Shown here: piece by piece, positions 25,147 to 38,780 of the stretch
How the letters are laid out: each line of letters opens with the position of its first letter
Position numbering within the stretch: position 1 is the stretch's first letter
Source of the DNA: Octopus vulgaris
Lineage: Eukaryota
Assembly (NCBI GenBank): GCA_951406725.2
Contig: OX597817.1
Span: 372,001-436,000, forward strand
Length of the DNA: 64,000 nucleotides
Reading direction: 5' to 3'
The notes under the pieces: model-generated
What the model was told of the DNA's origin: nothing
Databases searched by the model: none
The model's input: the letters and a program-made list of their open reading frames with translations, nothing else
Position numbers and translations under genes: made by a program

Positions 25147-27290
25147 GGTGGTGGTGGTGGTGGTGGTGGTGGTGGTGGTGGTGGTGGTGGTGGTGGTGGT
25201 GGTGGTGGTGTGTGGTGATGGTGGTAGTGGTGGTGATGGTGGTAGTGGTAGTGGTGGTGGTGGTGGTGGTGGTGGTGGTGGTGATGGTGGTGGTGGTGGT
25301 GGTGGTGGTGGTGGTGGTGGTGGTGATGGTGGTGGTGGTGGTGGTGGTGGTGGTGGTGGTGGTGGTGATGGTGATGGTGGTGGTGGTGGTGATGTTGGTG
25401 GTGGTGGTGGTGGTGATGGTGGTGGTGGTGGTGGTAGTGGTGGTGGTGGTGGTAGTGGTGGTGATGGTGGTGATGGTGGTGGTGGTGGTGGTGGTGGTGG
25501 TGGTGGTGGTGGTGGTGGTAGTGGTGGTGGTGGTGGTAGTGGTGGTGATGGTGGTGGTGGTGGTGGTGGTGGTGGTGGTAGTGGTGGTGGTGGTGGTGGT
25601 GATGGTGGTGGTGGTGGTGATGTTGGTGGTGGTGGTGGTGGTGGTGGTGGTGATGGTGGTGTGGTGGTGGTGGTGGTGGTGGTGGTGATGGTGGTGGTGG
25701 TGGTGGTGGTGGTGGTGGTGGTGGTGGTGGTGGTGGTGGTGGTGGTGGTGGTGATGGTGATGGTGGTGGTGATGGTGATGGTGGTGGTGATGGTGGTGCT
25801 GGTGGTGGTGGTGGTGGTGGTGGGTGGTGGTGGTGGTGGTGGTGGTGGTGATGGTGGTAGTGGTGGTGGTGGTGGTAGTGGTGGTGATGGTGGTGGTGGT
25901 GGTGGTGGGTGGTGATGGTGGTGGTGGTGGTGATGGTGGTAGTGGTGGTGATGGTGGTAGTGGTAGTGGTGGTGGTGGTGGTGGTGGTGGTGGTGGTGGT
26001 GGTGGTGGTGGTGGTGGTGGTGGTGGTGGTAGTGGTGGTGGTGATGGTGGTGGTGGTGGTGGTGGTGGTGGTGGTGGTGGTGGTGGTGGTGGTGGTGATG
26101 GTGATGGTGGTGGTGATGGTGGTAGTGGTGGTGGTGCTGGTGGTGGTGGTGGTGGTGGTGGTAGTGGTGGTGATGGTGGTGGTAGTGGTGGTGGTGATGG
26201 TGGTGGTGGTGGTGATGGTGATGGTGGTGGTGGTGATGTTGGTGGTGGTGATGGTGCTGGTGGTGGTGGTGGTGGTGATGGTGATGGTGGTGGTGATGGT
26301 GGTAGTGGTGGTGGTGCTGGTGGTGGTGGTGGTGGTGGTGGTGGTGATGGTGGTGGTAGTGGTGGTGGTGATGGTGGTAGTGGTGGTGATGGTGATGGTG
26401 GTGGTGGTGATGTTGGTAGTGGTGGTGGTGCTGGTGGTGCTGGTGGTGCTGGTGGTGGTGGTGATGGTGGTGGTGGTGGTGATATTGGTAGTGGTAGTGG
26501 TGGTGGTGGTGGTGGTGGTGGTGATGGTGGTGATGGTGGTGGTGGTGGTGGTGGTGGTGGTGGTGGTGGTGGTGGTGGTGGTGGTGGTGGTGGTGGTGGT
26601 GGTGGTGGTAGTGGTGGTGATGGTGGTGGTGGTGGTGATGGTGGTAGTGGTGGTGGTGGTGGTGGTGGTGGTGGTGGTGGTGGTGGTGGTGATGGTGGTA
26701 GTGGTGGTGGTGGTGGTGGTGGTGGTGGTGGTGGTGGTGATGTTGGTGGTGGTGATGGTGCTGGTGGTGCTGGTGGTGATGGTGGTAGTGGTAGTGGTGG
26801 TGGTGGTGGTGGTGATGGTGATGGTGGTGGTGGTGGTGGTGGTGGTGGTGATGGTGGTAGTGGTGGTGGTGGTGGTAGTGGTGGTGATGGTGGTGGTGGT
26901 GGTGGTGGTGGTGGTGGTGGTGGTGGTGGTGGTGGTGGTGATGTTGGTGGTGGTGATGGTGCTGGTGGTGGTGGTGATGGTGGTAGTGGTAGTGGTGGTG
27001 GTGGTGGTGATGGTGGTAGTGGTGGTGGTGATGTGGTGGTGGTGGTGGTGGTGGTGGTGGTGGTGGTGGTGGTAGTGGTGGTGGTGATGGTGGTGGTGGT
27101 GGTGGTGGTGGTGGTGGTGGTGGTGGTGGTGGTAGTGGTGGTGGTGGTGGTGGTGGTGGTGGTGGTGGTGGTGATGGTGGTAGTGGTGGTGGTGATGGTG
27201 GTGGTGGTGGTGGTGGTGGTGGTGGTGGTGGTGGTGGTGGTGGTGGTGGTGGTGGTGGTGGTGGTGGTGGTGGTGATGGTGGTGGTGGTT
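25115..27290. repeat. ~2.2-kb interrupted (GGT)n trinucleotide tract
   Basis: GGT units interspersed with GAT, AGT, GCT and GTT variants and several 1-nt phase slips. Confidence 0.97.
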
Positions 27291-28340
27291 GATAGTGAAA
27301 AGTTGTTTTTTTTTATTGAACTAAACCTGTAATATATTCCTCTACCTGTTTGTTCACTTTATGCTTTAAAAGTTTGTTAGATAAGAGGAGGAGGTGGAGT
27401 GAGAGAGAGGAAGAGGGAATGTGAGAATGAGTAAAAGAGCAGATGGATAGCCAGCTGATGCATTATGCTGTCATACATGTGATTAGTGGAAGTGAGACGT
27501 AAGGAGAAAGAGAGAAATGTTAAAGACATGAAGAGGGGAACTACATGGTTAAAAAGTTTATTAAAGAGGTAGAGAGGAAATGAGATATATAAAGTGTTTA
27601 GCAGAGGACAATTTTAAAATCATAAAAGATATTATTGTGACTGAAAGTGAAATAACTTAGCAAAATAAAAGTGAAATCATCCTTCCTTACTTAAACAGCT
27701 TCTCTTATTCTTTTTCCTTCTGTGGAATTTCCAAGGTCCCACCAGTAAAATATAAATATTCTACTCCCTCTTTGATATATTCCTTTCTGATGAACATTAT
27801 TATATCCTTCATGAGGATCCTTTCATATTTCTTTTTTAAAGAAAATAAAAATTATAAATTTTGTATGTACAAATTTTATGACAGATGATTCCTCCAAATG
27901 AAGGAACTAGGCAAAAGGGGGGAGGACTCAACAAAATGGAGCATGTTAGCCCTCTGTACAACGGAGGAAAAAACTTTCAACAAATTACATGCCAAATCAG
28001 ATTCAAAGTAAGAACTATCTAGAATCCTAGGCTTCATAGAGCCTGTTACTCATGATTCCATGGCATATAAGTGGCAAAGATCACAACATTGCCTTCTGTA
28101 TGGAATGCCAATCCATTGCAGGGATACTCATTTACTGTAGAGTAAACCAAAGCTGTTTGTGAAAGGAAGTGTTTTGCTCAAAATTACAATCCATTGCTTA
28201 GTCCAGGAATCAAAACTACAATCTTGTGATGCTGAGTGCTACAATTTAACCACGAGACTACACAAGTTCACTCAGGGGGAAACTTCAAAAATTTCTGAAA
28301 TTTTACGGAACTAAGATTGAATACAACTTTCCTACCAGTG

Positions 28341-28373
28341 TCTAATCATTTTTTTTTTTTTTTGTTTTTTCAG
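28341..28373 (+). promoter_or_regulatory. Putative 3' splice site (branch point, polypyrimidine tract, CAG) upstream of the UNC5C-like CDS
   Basis: TCTAAT branch-like motif, about 24 nt of nearly pure T, then CAG|AT, 855 nt upstream of the ATG. Confidence 0.5.
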
Positions 28374-28535
28374 ATCATTAACTGCCAGTCTAGCTTCTTT
28401 CTGAATTTCACCTGTGTCAAGACAACATCACTTTCCAGCAATGAAAGCCAAAAATATGAATTTCTTCTCACCCAATCATTAATTTGTTCTACCACTGCCA
28501 GCACCACACTGACAAATTCCCTGTTTTATGTTGAT

Positions 28536-28781
28536 CAGTGGTTCTCAACCATTTCTCCCCTGTGGACCCTTTTGATTCTTATGAGGATGGATCCTCATAA
28601 CCATTTGATATTTTAAAAATCCTATTATATTTTCATAATTAAATATTATTAAGAATTGTATAAAAGAATGAACACATTTTGTGTACAGTAGAAGTATAAC
28701 CAATTCATTGTACATAAATTCTAACAACAAAATCTTATATGAACCCCCAAGGGCTATGTGGACCCCAGTTAAGAACTACTG
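28536..28781. mobile_element. hAT (Charlie-type) MITE
   Basis: TIRs CAGTGGTTCTCAAC / GTTAAGAACTACTG and an 8-bp TSD ATGTTGAT / ATGTAGAT (7 of 8 match). Confidence 0.8.
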
Positions 28782-29228
28782 ATGTAGATGGATATGGGAG
28801 TATTGATTTATCTTGTTCAGTAAAACAGTACTCTGACTGACATCAAATGAAATCATAACGTTCATACTAAAGAATTGATGATCCCTCTAACAGAGCAAGA
28901 AGATGATCTCTATAAATGTGCATGCTTCTCACAATTTTGTACATCAACCAATCCAGTGCTTGATATCTATTAGAATAAGATATATGAACAAGCTACTAAA
29001 TAGCTAGAACATTAAGCTCAGTTTCTATAGCACTAAAACTCTTACAATCATATTAAACAGGACAAATTTTCTGCTATCAAATAATAAAGAGAATGACATT
29101 GTCTTGTTTGGGTAACACAACGAAACATTGAAAGTGTAATTATATGACAAATTATGAGACCAGATCCCAGGATTTTATTCACTTGATCATTATTAATTAA
29201 AATAAATCAGATTGTTCCATAACAAAGC

Positions 29229-31193
29229 ATGGGTGGTAAATGTGAACCAGGGACTACAGTAATTTCTCTAGCAGTTGTTGGTACAGCTTTGGCTTCAGTT
29301 GTTTTTTATGTCATTGTTAAAAGCTTATATCGCTATTTTAAGAAACGTTTTGGACATTCAAAAAGTGATGATTTAACTATATATGATATACGAAAATTAT
29401 CAGAGCAAGGAAACAATATCTATAAATGTGCCTGTTTTGCACACTTACCTTTTGTCCATCAGCCAAATGTCAGGAACCTCTGTCACCATCAACAACAACA
29501 ACCACAAACACAGATAACAGAAAATTCAACATCAGAAAGTTTTTCTCTCCAAAGCAAGAATACTAAACTAGTATACATAAATCCCGAGTTTGAAGAAGTA
29601 ATCCAAGGAAAATGTATTCCTTCAAATACTTCAAACTCAATTAGTTTTGTTGATAGCTGTATATCTACTGAGAATGATTCTGCATCACATTCCTATGTTC
29701 AAAAAGAAAGTAATACCCGAAACTCTAGTATCTATGATCCAAATTTTTTGCTTTCAGCCTACAATGCTGGGTATCCTATTGGAAACTGTCTGAAGGAAAT
29801 ATATCAAATAACAGAGCGCAGCATTACTAAACAAATTTGTAATAAGCTGGTGGTTTGTGTAAGTCACCTGGTTACTGACGCTGGTGACACTCTCATACTT
29901 GATAATATGGGTATATCTCTTTGTATACCACCTGGAGCCATTGAAAGTGGGAAGAAACAGGTTATCTCTCTTGTGCTTAACTGGGACCTCTCGGACAACC
30001 CTCTGATGACTGGTGATGAATCTCTTGTAAGTCCTCTTGTCTATTGTGGACCCCATGGTTTGAAACTGAAGCGAAGTTGTCAACTTATATTCAAACATTG
30101 TGCTTTTAATATAAACGAACTAAAAATCTTGAAAAGTGAGACTGAACTTACAGGTCATAAAGATTGGCAACAGTTAAAGGACGAAGAGCATTCTGGAAAT
30201 AACAATGAACAGTGTCAAAACTCTTTTAATATCACACCAAATGAGTGTCAAGTCAATATAAGTAGTTTCACATTATTTACAGCCATCATGACTATTCTGG
30301 AAGATTGTGATGATGACAGTCTTCCACAAAGCTGTAAATGGTTGCAGTTGGCTGCTTTTTCATGTCCACTAAAGTCAAACAGTTTGCATTACCAAATCAG
30401 AATTTATTTTTTAAACAAGACACCATGTGCTCTACAATGGGCCATTCAAAATGAAGCTAAATTTGGGGGTGTATTATGTTGTCCAGAAAAGGTGTTTTTG
30501 TTTGATGGTAGGAAGGAAGTTGGACATGGAAAAGACGTGATTATTAATACAATATATACTTCTGAAGGATGGGAAATGATAGAAGATACAGATGACGATT
30601 CAAACAGAATTCCGTTCCTCTATATTTGGCATGGGAAATGTCCATATGCATCACTTTGTTTCCATCGTCAACTTTCTACATCAAAACCAACAAAAGAGCT
30701 TAGTTTACAGTTCCATATCTTCCAAGAGACTTTGGAAAGTGCAGGTGAAAAATTAATAGTCCAAAACCAGGCCAAACCAAATATTTATGATGATAATGAG
30801 CAGCAGTGTGAGAAACATAAATCACCCCAAATCAAAATCCAAGTTTCAGTCAATGGATTTAAGGAAAGCCAAGATATTTTTGATGTTGCGAACCATTTGA
30901 AATGCAAGAAAATTCCACAGGAACTAAGATTGAAGCTTAAATTACTACTAGATCCATCTTGTTTATTTGATAAAAACTGGAAAGCTTTGGCATCATACTT
31001 GAATCTTGATTCATCAATTCGGTACATGGAAGCAAAAGAGAGTCCAACTGATCAAATTCTGGACATCTTAGAACAGAAAATGTACAGCTTGGAAGCAATA
31101 CAAAATATTTTAACAGACATTGGGAGAATTGATGCTGCTACTGAAATAAAAGAATTTCTTGAACAGTCAGTGGAAGAACTACCACAGAATTAA
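29229..31193 (+). CDS. UNC5CL: UNC5C-like protein (N-terminal TM anchor, ZU5, UPA, death domain), single coding exon, 654 aa
   Basis: Intact long ORF. Hydrophobic VISLAVVGTALASVVFYVIV followed by basic residues; ZU5 motifs GDTLILDNMGISLCIPPGAI and LVSPLVYCGPHGLKLKRSCQLIFKHCA; UPA-like KWLQLAAF...IRIYFLNKTPCALQWAIQNEAKFGG; death domain LKLLLDP...NWKALASYLNL...SPTDQILDILE...LTDIGRIDAA. No Ig/TSP ectodomain. Orthology is inferred from architecture. Confidence 0.85.
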   Translation: MGGKCEPGTTVISLAVVGTALASVVFYVIVKSLYRYFKKRFGHSKSDDLTIYDIRKLSEQGNNIYKCACFAHLPFVHQPNVRNLCHHQQQQPQTQITENSTSESFSLQSKNTKLVYINPEFEEVIQGKCIPSNTSNSISFVDSCISTENDSASHSYVQKESNTRNSSIYDPNFLLSAYNAGYPIGNCLKEIYQITERSITKQICNKLVVCVSHLVTDAGDTLILDNMGISLCIPPGAIESGKKQVISLVLNWDLSDNPLMTGDESLVSPLVYCGPHGLKLKRSCQLIFKHCAFNINELKILKSETELTGHKDWQQLKDEEHSGNNNEQCQNSFNITPNECQVNISSFTLFTAIMTILEDCDDDSLPQSCKWLQLAAFSCPLKSNSLHYQIRIYFLNKTPCALQWAIQNEAKFGGVLCCPEKVFLFDGRKEVGHGKDVIINTIYTSEGWEMIEDTDDDSNRIPFLYIWHGKCPYASLCFHRQLSTSKPTKELSLQFHIFQETLESAGEKLIVQNQAKPNIYDDNEQQCEKHKSPQIKIQVSVNGFKESQDIFDVANHLKCKKIPQELRLKLKLLLDPSCLFDKNWKALASYLNLDSSIRYMEAKESPTDQILDILEQKMYSLEAIQNILTDIGRIDAATEIKEFLEQSVEELPQN

Positions 31194-32779
31194 TCTTAAA
31201 GAGCACAGATGTTGACATATTAATTTGTAATAGAAAAACAATGCCAAACTTATGTAGAAAAGAGTATTATTAATGGAAAGAGGTCTAGTATGTAACTAGT
31301 ATGCATTTTATCAGTTCCTGAGAATGACAGAATCATTCCTGGCAAAATTTGAACTTCAATCCAGTGCCAAATTACCACATACCTGCCATTGAAATATTAT
31401 CCACCAAATGTTGGTATCATATCTATTTTAGAATGGAGAAATGATATCATGATGATGATGATGATGATGATATCATTTCTCCATTCTAAAATAGACACCA
31501 TTGCTGTCAGAACAGCAATGTTAGTTTTTACAACATGATCAATATGGCTAACATCGTTCTGTGACAATAAAATGTTAACTTTGTTCTTTGACAACAAACT
31601 TTTTAACATTGACTGATTATCCATAAACTGTTAACATTGTTCACCAAGGATAAATTGTTATCACAGCTCAGTGATAATAAACTAATTACATTGATCTGTA
31701 TAAACTGTTAACTTGAACAAATCATGATATTTTTAGTGTTCATAATAATTTTTAAAAAATATGTAAATCACTCTTACATTATCACCACCATCACTAACTG
31801 CATTACTACATCCACAATAACCATCACTAATACCACTATCACAGCAATCACCAGCATCACAACCTTCATAACTACTACAAATATCACCACTCTACTACCA
31901 CTGTTATCAGCACCACCAAAACACAATTGGTAAGCAAAAACAGATCTTATCCCATGTGTCACCATACTGCTGTTGAAACAAACTGCCTTGATTAAAATTA
32001 ATTTTTGAAAATAATGAAGAACTTAGTAAAAATAATTCATCATTATTAAGCTGCCATTTGGAACTAAAATTAACATAATTTAATTTTCATAACTTTAAAA
32101 CAGGAAGTTTGTATCATAGAATCAAGAGTAGTTTTGGGTGAGTTGCTATCAAATGGGAGCTCCTGAGTTTAAGGTATATGAACTAAGATTAGAATATCTA
32201 AACCAAACTTAGAGTAGCTGCGCTGAGGTTACAATGGTGATTTGTGCTTAAACTATAATATCTGAATTGAAACTTTTAACAGTTGGCTAGCTTCTCATCA
32301 TAGTATCTGCTGAGTTGAGACTTTGAGAGAACTAGGCTAGTCATATGGTCATATAGAACCCAAGCTAAGGTTGAAGCACCTCAGTTGAATTTGATAGATC
32401 CAAAATATAATTTGAGATCATGGTACCTGAGGTTATATTATTATCTCAGATGAGTATATAATATCAGATATGAGTTAATAAGATCTGAGATGTGATAAAA
32501 ACAAAAATAAGATGAAGTGTTATCAACTACTGTATAGTTTTAATATCACCTGAAAGAGTATAGTGTCATTTGTAAAACCATACGACCATCCCACTAGTTA
32601 TAGTATCTGAGCTGAGACTATAACTTTAATATGGTTATATTATGTCAGCTAAGGATAAACAATAATTGTGCTAGACTTAGGACATCTAAGCTAGACTTTT
32701 AGGAAGCCCATAACAATAGTTCATCTATCCCAGATTCATTTTAGTTTCTATTTCTTATTTTGATATGAGAAGCATCATA

Positions 32780-34740
32780 TAACATGTGCAACTGTATGAC
32801 AAGAGAAAGATTTATTGAGTAAGCAGATGTGCATTGACACATATGACTGTCTAGAGAAAGATTTAGATAGCAGCAGTATAGATGACAAGTGGGAATTTCT
32901 ACAGAATAACATGCTTAAGGCTATCGATCAGATGTTCAGATGTGCAGCTGGGGAAAATTCCAAATCAAACCAAAAGTGACATAGTTATGGAATGATAGGG
33001 CTAACATGGTGGTAAAGGCTAAGAGACAGGCTTGGAAAACTTAAAGAGCATTGATCCTACAACATGCAGATCAGAAGCATGAAGTGTTCAGGATTGCAAG
33101 ACAGTGTTAGAGAGAACCAAAATGTAACTGTTGAGTAGTGTATTCAGAATGATAAAGGCATGCTTACCATTGCTATCAAGGATGAAAACATGTTATGAAA
33201 GAATTATTATGAGAGGCAGTTGAATGTAGCTACCTCATGTTGGCCCAACAGAGGATCTGGCAATTGAAGTTGAAGCATAAAAGTAAATAAAGCAATTAAA
33301 GACATGAAGGGAGGAAAAGCTATTGACCCATTAGGAATAATCAGAGATACTCAAAATAACTAATAAGGTAGGAAACCTGATTACCATGCATAGAGTTAAT
33401 GGAAAGATGTCATACGCAATGACTGGTTTAGCAGTTTCACTGTAAACTGTTACCGAGACAAAGAAGATGCCTTGCAAAAAATAACAGAACAATTGATTCA
33501 TAACAGAGTCAACCGAGATGAGATGCAGTTTAGCTTCAAACCCAATAGAGTACCACAGGTGCAATCTTGCTGGTGAGATAACCTACTGGAGAAATACTTG
33601 TTTAAAGTAAGCCACAATTTCTAGCATTTGATGACTTGAAGAAAGCATTTGACAAGGTACTGTGTTCAGTAAGTTGATGTTTATTAAGGAAATTAAGTGT
33701 AGGTAAATGTTGTGCGATGGCTGTACAAGCTACATACAAAGACACAGTAAATAAAGCGAGTCAGTAATGATTTCACTGACAAATTTAGCTTGAGGGTAGG
33801 AGCCCATTATGGTTCAGTCTTCAGTCCTCTTACTCTCTTATTTCTCATAGCTTTACAGGCCATCACAGAGAAGTTTCAGACTGGCTGCCCATGGGGACTC
33901 ATCTATGCTGATGAACTCCTCATAGTAGAATAAGAGAGGAAATTCCAGGCATGGAAGCTAAACCTAGACTTGAGAAGCCTCAGGGTAAACTTAACAATGA
34001 CTATTTAGTAGGAGGGAAGAAAAATAGGACCCCAGTATCATCAGAGAAATGGTCTTTCTTGTTTATGCAGAAAAGATGTAGATAGAAAATCCATATGCTA
34101 TACCCATTGAAAGCCACTGACTCATACGGGTGTGGTAGAATCTCAGACAGACCAACAAAGTAAGCTTCATATGTAACAGATGCACTGAAGCAATACATTC
34201 TATGAACCCACTGGAAATAGATTCTCTGAAATGTGCAGATGGCTCACTAGAATTAGTTCTGTTACTAAGGAAACATAGTGAGCAAAGGAAGTATCTGAAA
34301 GTATCATAGCCAGAGTAAGAATGAGTTAGAAAAGTTCAGAGTGATTTTATCACTACAGGCAATAAATGTCTTTTTCCTCAAAGCACAATACTGCATTAGA
34401 GTGTGACATGTGCCTTGAATGTAGAAGATTTTCAAAGAAGTTAAGCCAGCCTGCTCAGATGGACATGCAATGTTAGTGTTTGTGAAAGTACAAATGAGCT
34501 AAGGGAAATGATGCGTACAAGAGGAACTGGGTGTAATATGCAAGACAGGAGGTTGTGGCAGTATGGGCATGTGTTGTGTAAAGTGCTGTGCATTCCAAGT
34601 TTGAGGAACCTGTGGAAAAGGGAAACCAAGGAAAACTGGGTTGAAGTAGTGAATGCTGATGTAAAGGTGCTACATCTCATGTTGGAGATGACAAAAAACC
34701 ATACTGACTATCAAATAGTGGTGCTACAGAAAACTCACCC
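32780..34740 (+). mobile_element. Highly degenerate RTE-type LINE
   Basis: Remnants AFDDLKKAFDKV, GAHYGSVFSPL, LIYADEL and RRLWQYGHV. Related to the element at 40430-41820 (-). Confidence 0.7.
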
Positions 34741-34854
34741 CCCTATGGTAAAACACTCTCTTACACAAGGGTAGCAATGAAGATACTGTAACATATATCA
34801 TCATCATCATGATTTAATGTCCATGTTTCATGCTGGCATGGGTTGGACAAGATA

Positions 34855-36176
<1,322 letters not shown>

Positions 36177-36404
36177 TGAGAGAGAAATATAAATACATTT
36201 CATATATAATGTGTATATATATCATCATAGTCATCAACATTTAATATCCATTTTCCTTGCCTGCATGGGTTGGATCGTATTATATTTATATAGTGTGTGT
36301 GTATATATATATCATCATCATCATCATCGTTTAGCGTCCGCTTTCCATGCTAGCATGGGTTGCTAGCATGGAAAGCGGACGCAATACATATATATATATA
36401 TTTT

Positions 36405-36439
<35 letters not shown>

Positions 36440-37465
36440 GCACACACATCTATATGTTGTGTGTATGTATGTGTGTGTGTGTGCACGCTTGATCTCCTTC
36501 TCTTGATATCACATGACAGCTGTAAATGAGTGTCACTGTCATGCAAGCAGTGGCATCCATTTCAAATATTCTGTGAAAACTTGTCTGGCCATAGGGAAAA
36601 TATTACTTTACTTGAAAACAGGTGAGGGTTAGCAATAGGAAAGGCAACTGACTATAGAAAATCTGTCTCAATAAATGCTGTCCAAGCCACCCAAATTTAG
36701 GTTTATAGTTATTCAACAAACTCTTTCACATTCGTATATTTACAGTTTAGATCTTAGTTATAAAAATATATGAAACCATTATTTTATGCTAATTTAGTTA
36801 ATTGCAAGATAGAAATTTAAATGCAATAAAAATATAGGATCCACAGATCCAAGTGTAGGAAATTTGTATGCTTCAATCAGTAGGTACAGAGATCAAAAGT
36901 GGACAGTATACAATAAGGTATGATAACAATTTATTGGTATCAAGAGTTACACACTTTTCCCATATTGAAGTTGCAAATAAATTAGTATTGTGTCCCCTTT
37001 AGTTACCTGTACTTGCCACCTATTGCGTGAAACTTACACAAACACACGTACACACATATGCACATACATTTATAATCATCATCCTTATCATTGTTGTGGT
37101 CATTGTGATGTCCACTTTTCCATGCTTCCATGGACATAGAATTCATTGAGGCAGACTTTCTGCAGCTACATGTCCTTCTTGTTGCCAATCCTCACTAGTT
37201 TCCTAGCAAGGTAATAATTCTTCATAGCTAGACATGTTTTTTTTGTATGCATGGTGACAGAAGTATCAATTGTGATTCCTCATAAATTATTTTGAATTGT
37301 ATTATATTGTAAAAAATATTAAATCCCTGTATCATATATTGTATTAAACTTTATTAATTGATGATTCATATTGTTTACTAATTAATTTTGATTTGTAGTC
37401 TCTAAATGTGTTGAAATTTGAATTTGAAAAAAGGAAACATGATTACACCGGAACGTTTTCACTCT

Positions 37466-37640
<175 letters not shown>

Positions 37641-38502
37641 AAATGTCCATTTTTTTTTCCATGTTCAGATAGGTCAGATGGAATATGCCAAGGCAGATTT
37701 TTTACAGCTGGATGTTCTTTCTGTCACAAATCCTCAACAGTTTCCAAACAAGGTAATACTTCTCATGACTGGACATGCTTTTCTTTAGAAGAATGGAGAG
37801 GAACAACACTGTTTGTATGATGGTGATGCTTGTTTATAACCATCCAGTGAAGTCAGAGCAAAAGTACACACACAGAGGCACACAGACTCACATATATATA
37901 GTCAGATATATATATGCATATATCACAGACTTCTTTCAGTTTCTGTCTACAAAATCTACTCACAAGGCTTTAGTCAGCCTAGGGCTATAGTAGAAGACAC
38001 TTACCCAAGATGCATGCAGTGGAATTGAACCCAAGATCACAGGGTGTGGTTAAGCACACAGCCACATAGAAAAAATCTCTGAATCCATAAAATAAAGTTG
38101 GGATAGCCACATCTGGAATATTAGCAAATAATCTCTGATTCCATAAAAGAATGGGTTGGTGGAAGTTGGAAATCTTTCATTCTTATGATATGTTTGATAA
38201 ATTGATAAATGATTTCTGCAGACATCTCATCATCAATTTCCAGCTCCACCTGACCCATTCCTCTTCTAAATCATAAGTAGTCATGGAGTTCTTCTTCAGC
38301 AAGAAGCCTTGTTTTGCTCCAGCCCTTTCTTCTCATACTTTACCCCTCTATACTCCTTATTTTCCTTGCATAAAGTTCCTCCTACTCAAGGGTTGTAGTG
38401 ATGCAAGCTTCATGGTCACCCCACAGATGCTGGTGGCATGAAAAAGTACCCAATACACACTGTAAAGTGGTTGGCATTAGGAAAGGTATCCAACCAAAGA
38501 AA

Positions 38503-38780
38503 CCATGCCAAACAGACACTGGAGCAGAATGAGGCCCTTAGGCCCATCAGATCCTGTCAGACTGTCCAACCCATGCCAAACAGACAGTGGAGCAGAATGA
38601 GGCCCTTAGGCCCATCAGATCCTGTCAGACTGTCCAACCCATGCCAAACAGACACTGGAGCAGAATGAGGCCCTTAGGCCCATCAGATCCTGTCAGACTG
38701 TCCAACCCATGCCAAACAGACACTGGAGCAGAATGAGGCCCTTAGGCCCATCAGATCCTGTCAGACTGTCCAACCCATGC
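38503..38780 (+). repeat. 68-bp tandem repeat x4 inside a SINE-like element with (GAT)n tail
   Basis: CCATGC starts at 38503, 38571, 38639, 38707 and 38775; the units are nearly identical. Confidence 0.93.

Noticed and set aside
25097-27332. Long poly-Gly / poly-Val ORFs (272-502 aa)
   Set aside because: By-products of the (GGT)n tract: open in several frames, with phase slips and no unique coding flanks.
38503-38780. CRISPR-like appearance of the 68-bp repeat (and of the 23-bp repeat at 61009)
   Set aside because: The units are contiguous with no unique spacers, there are no cas genes, and the context is eukaryotic.
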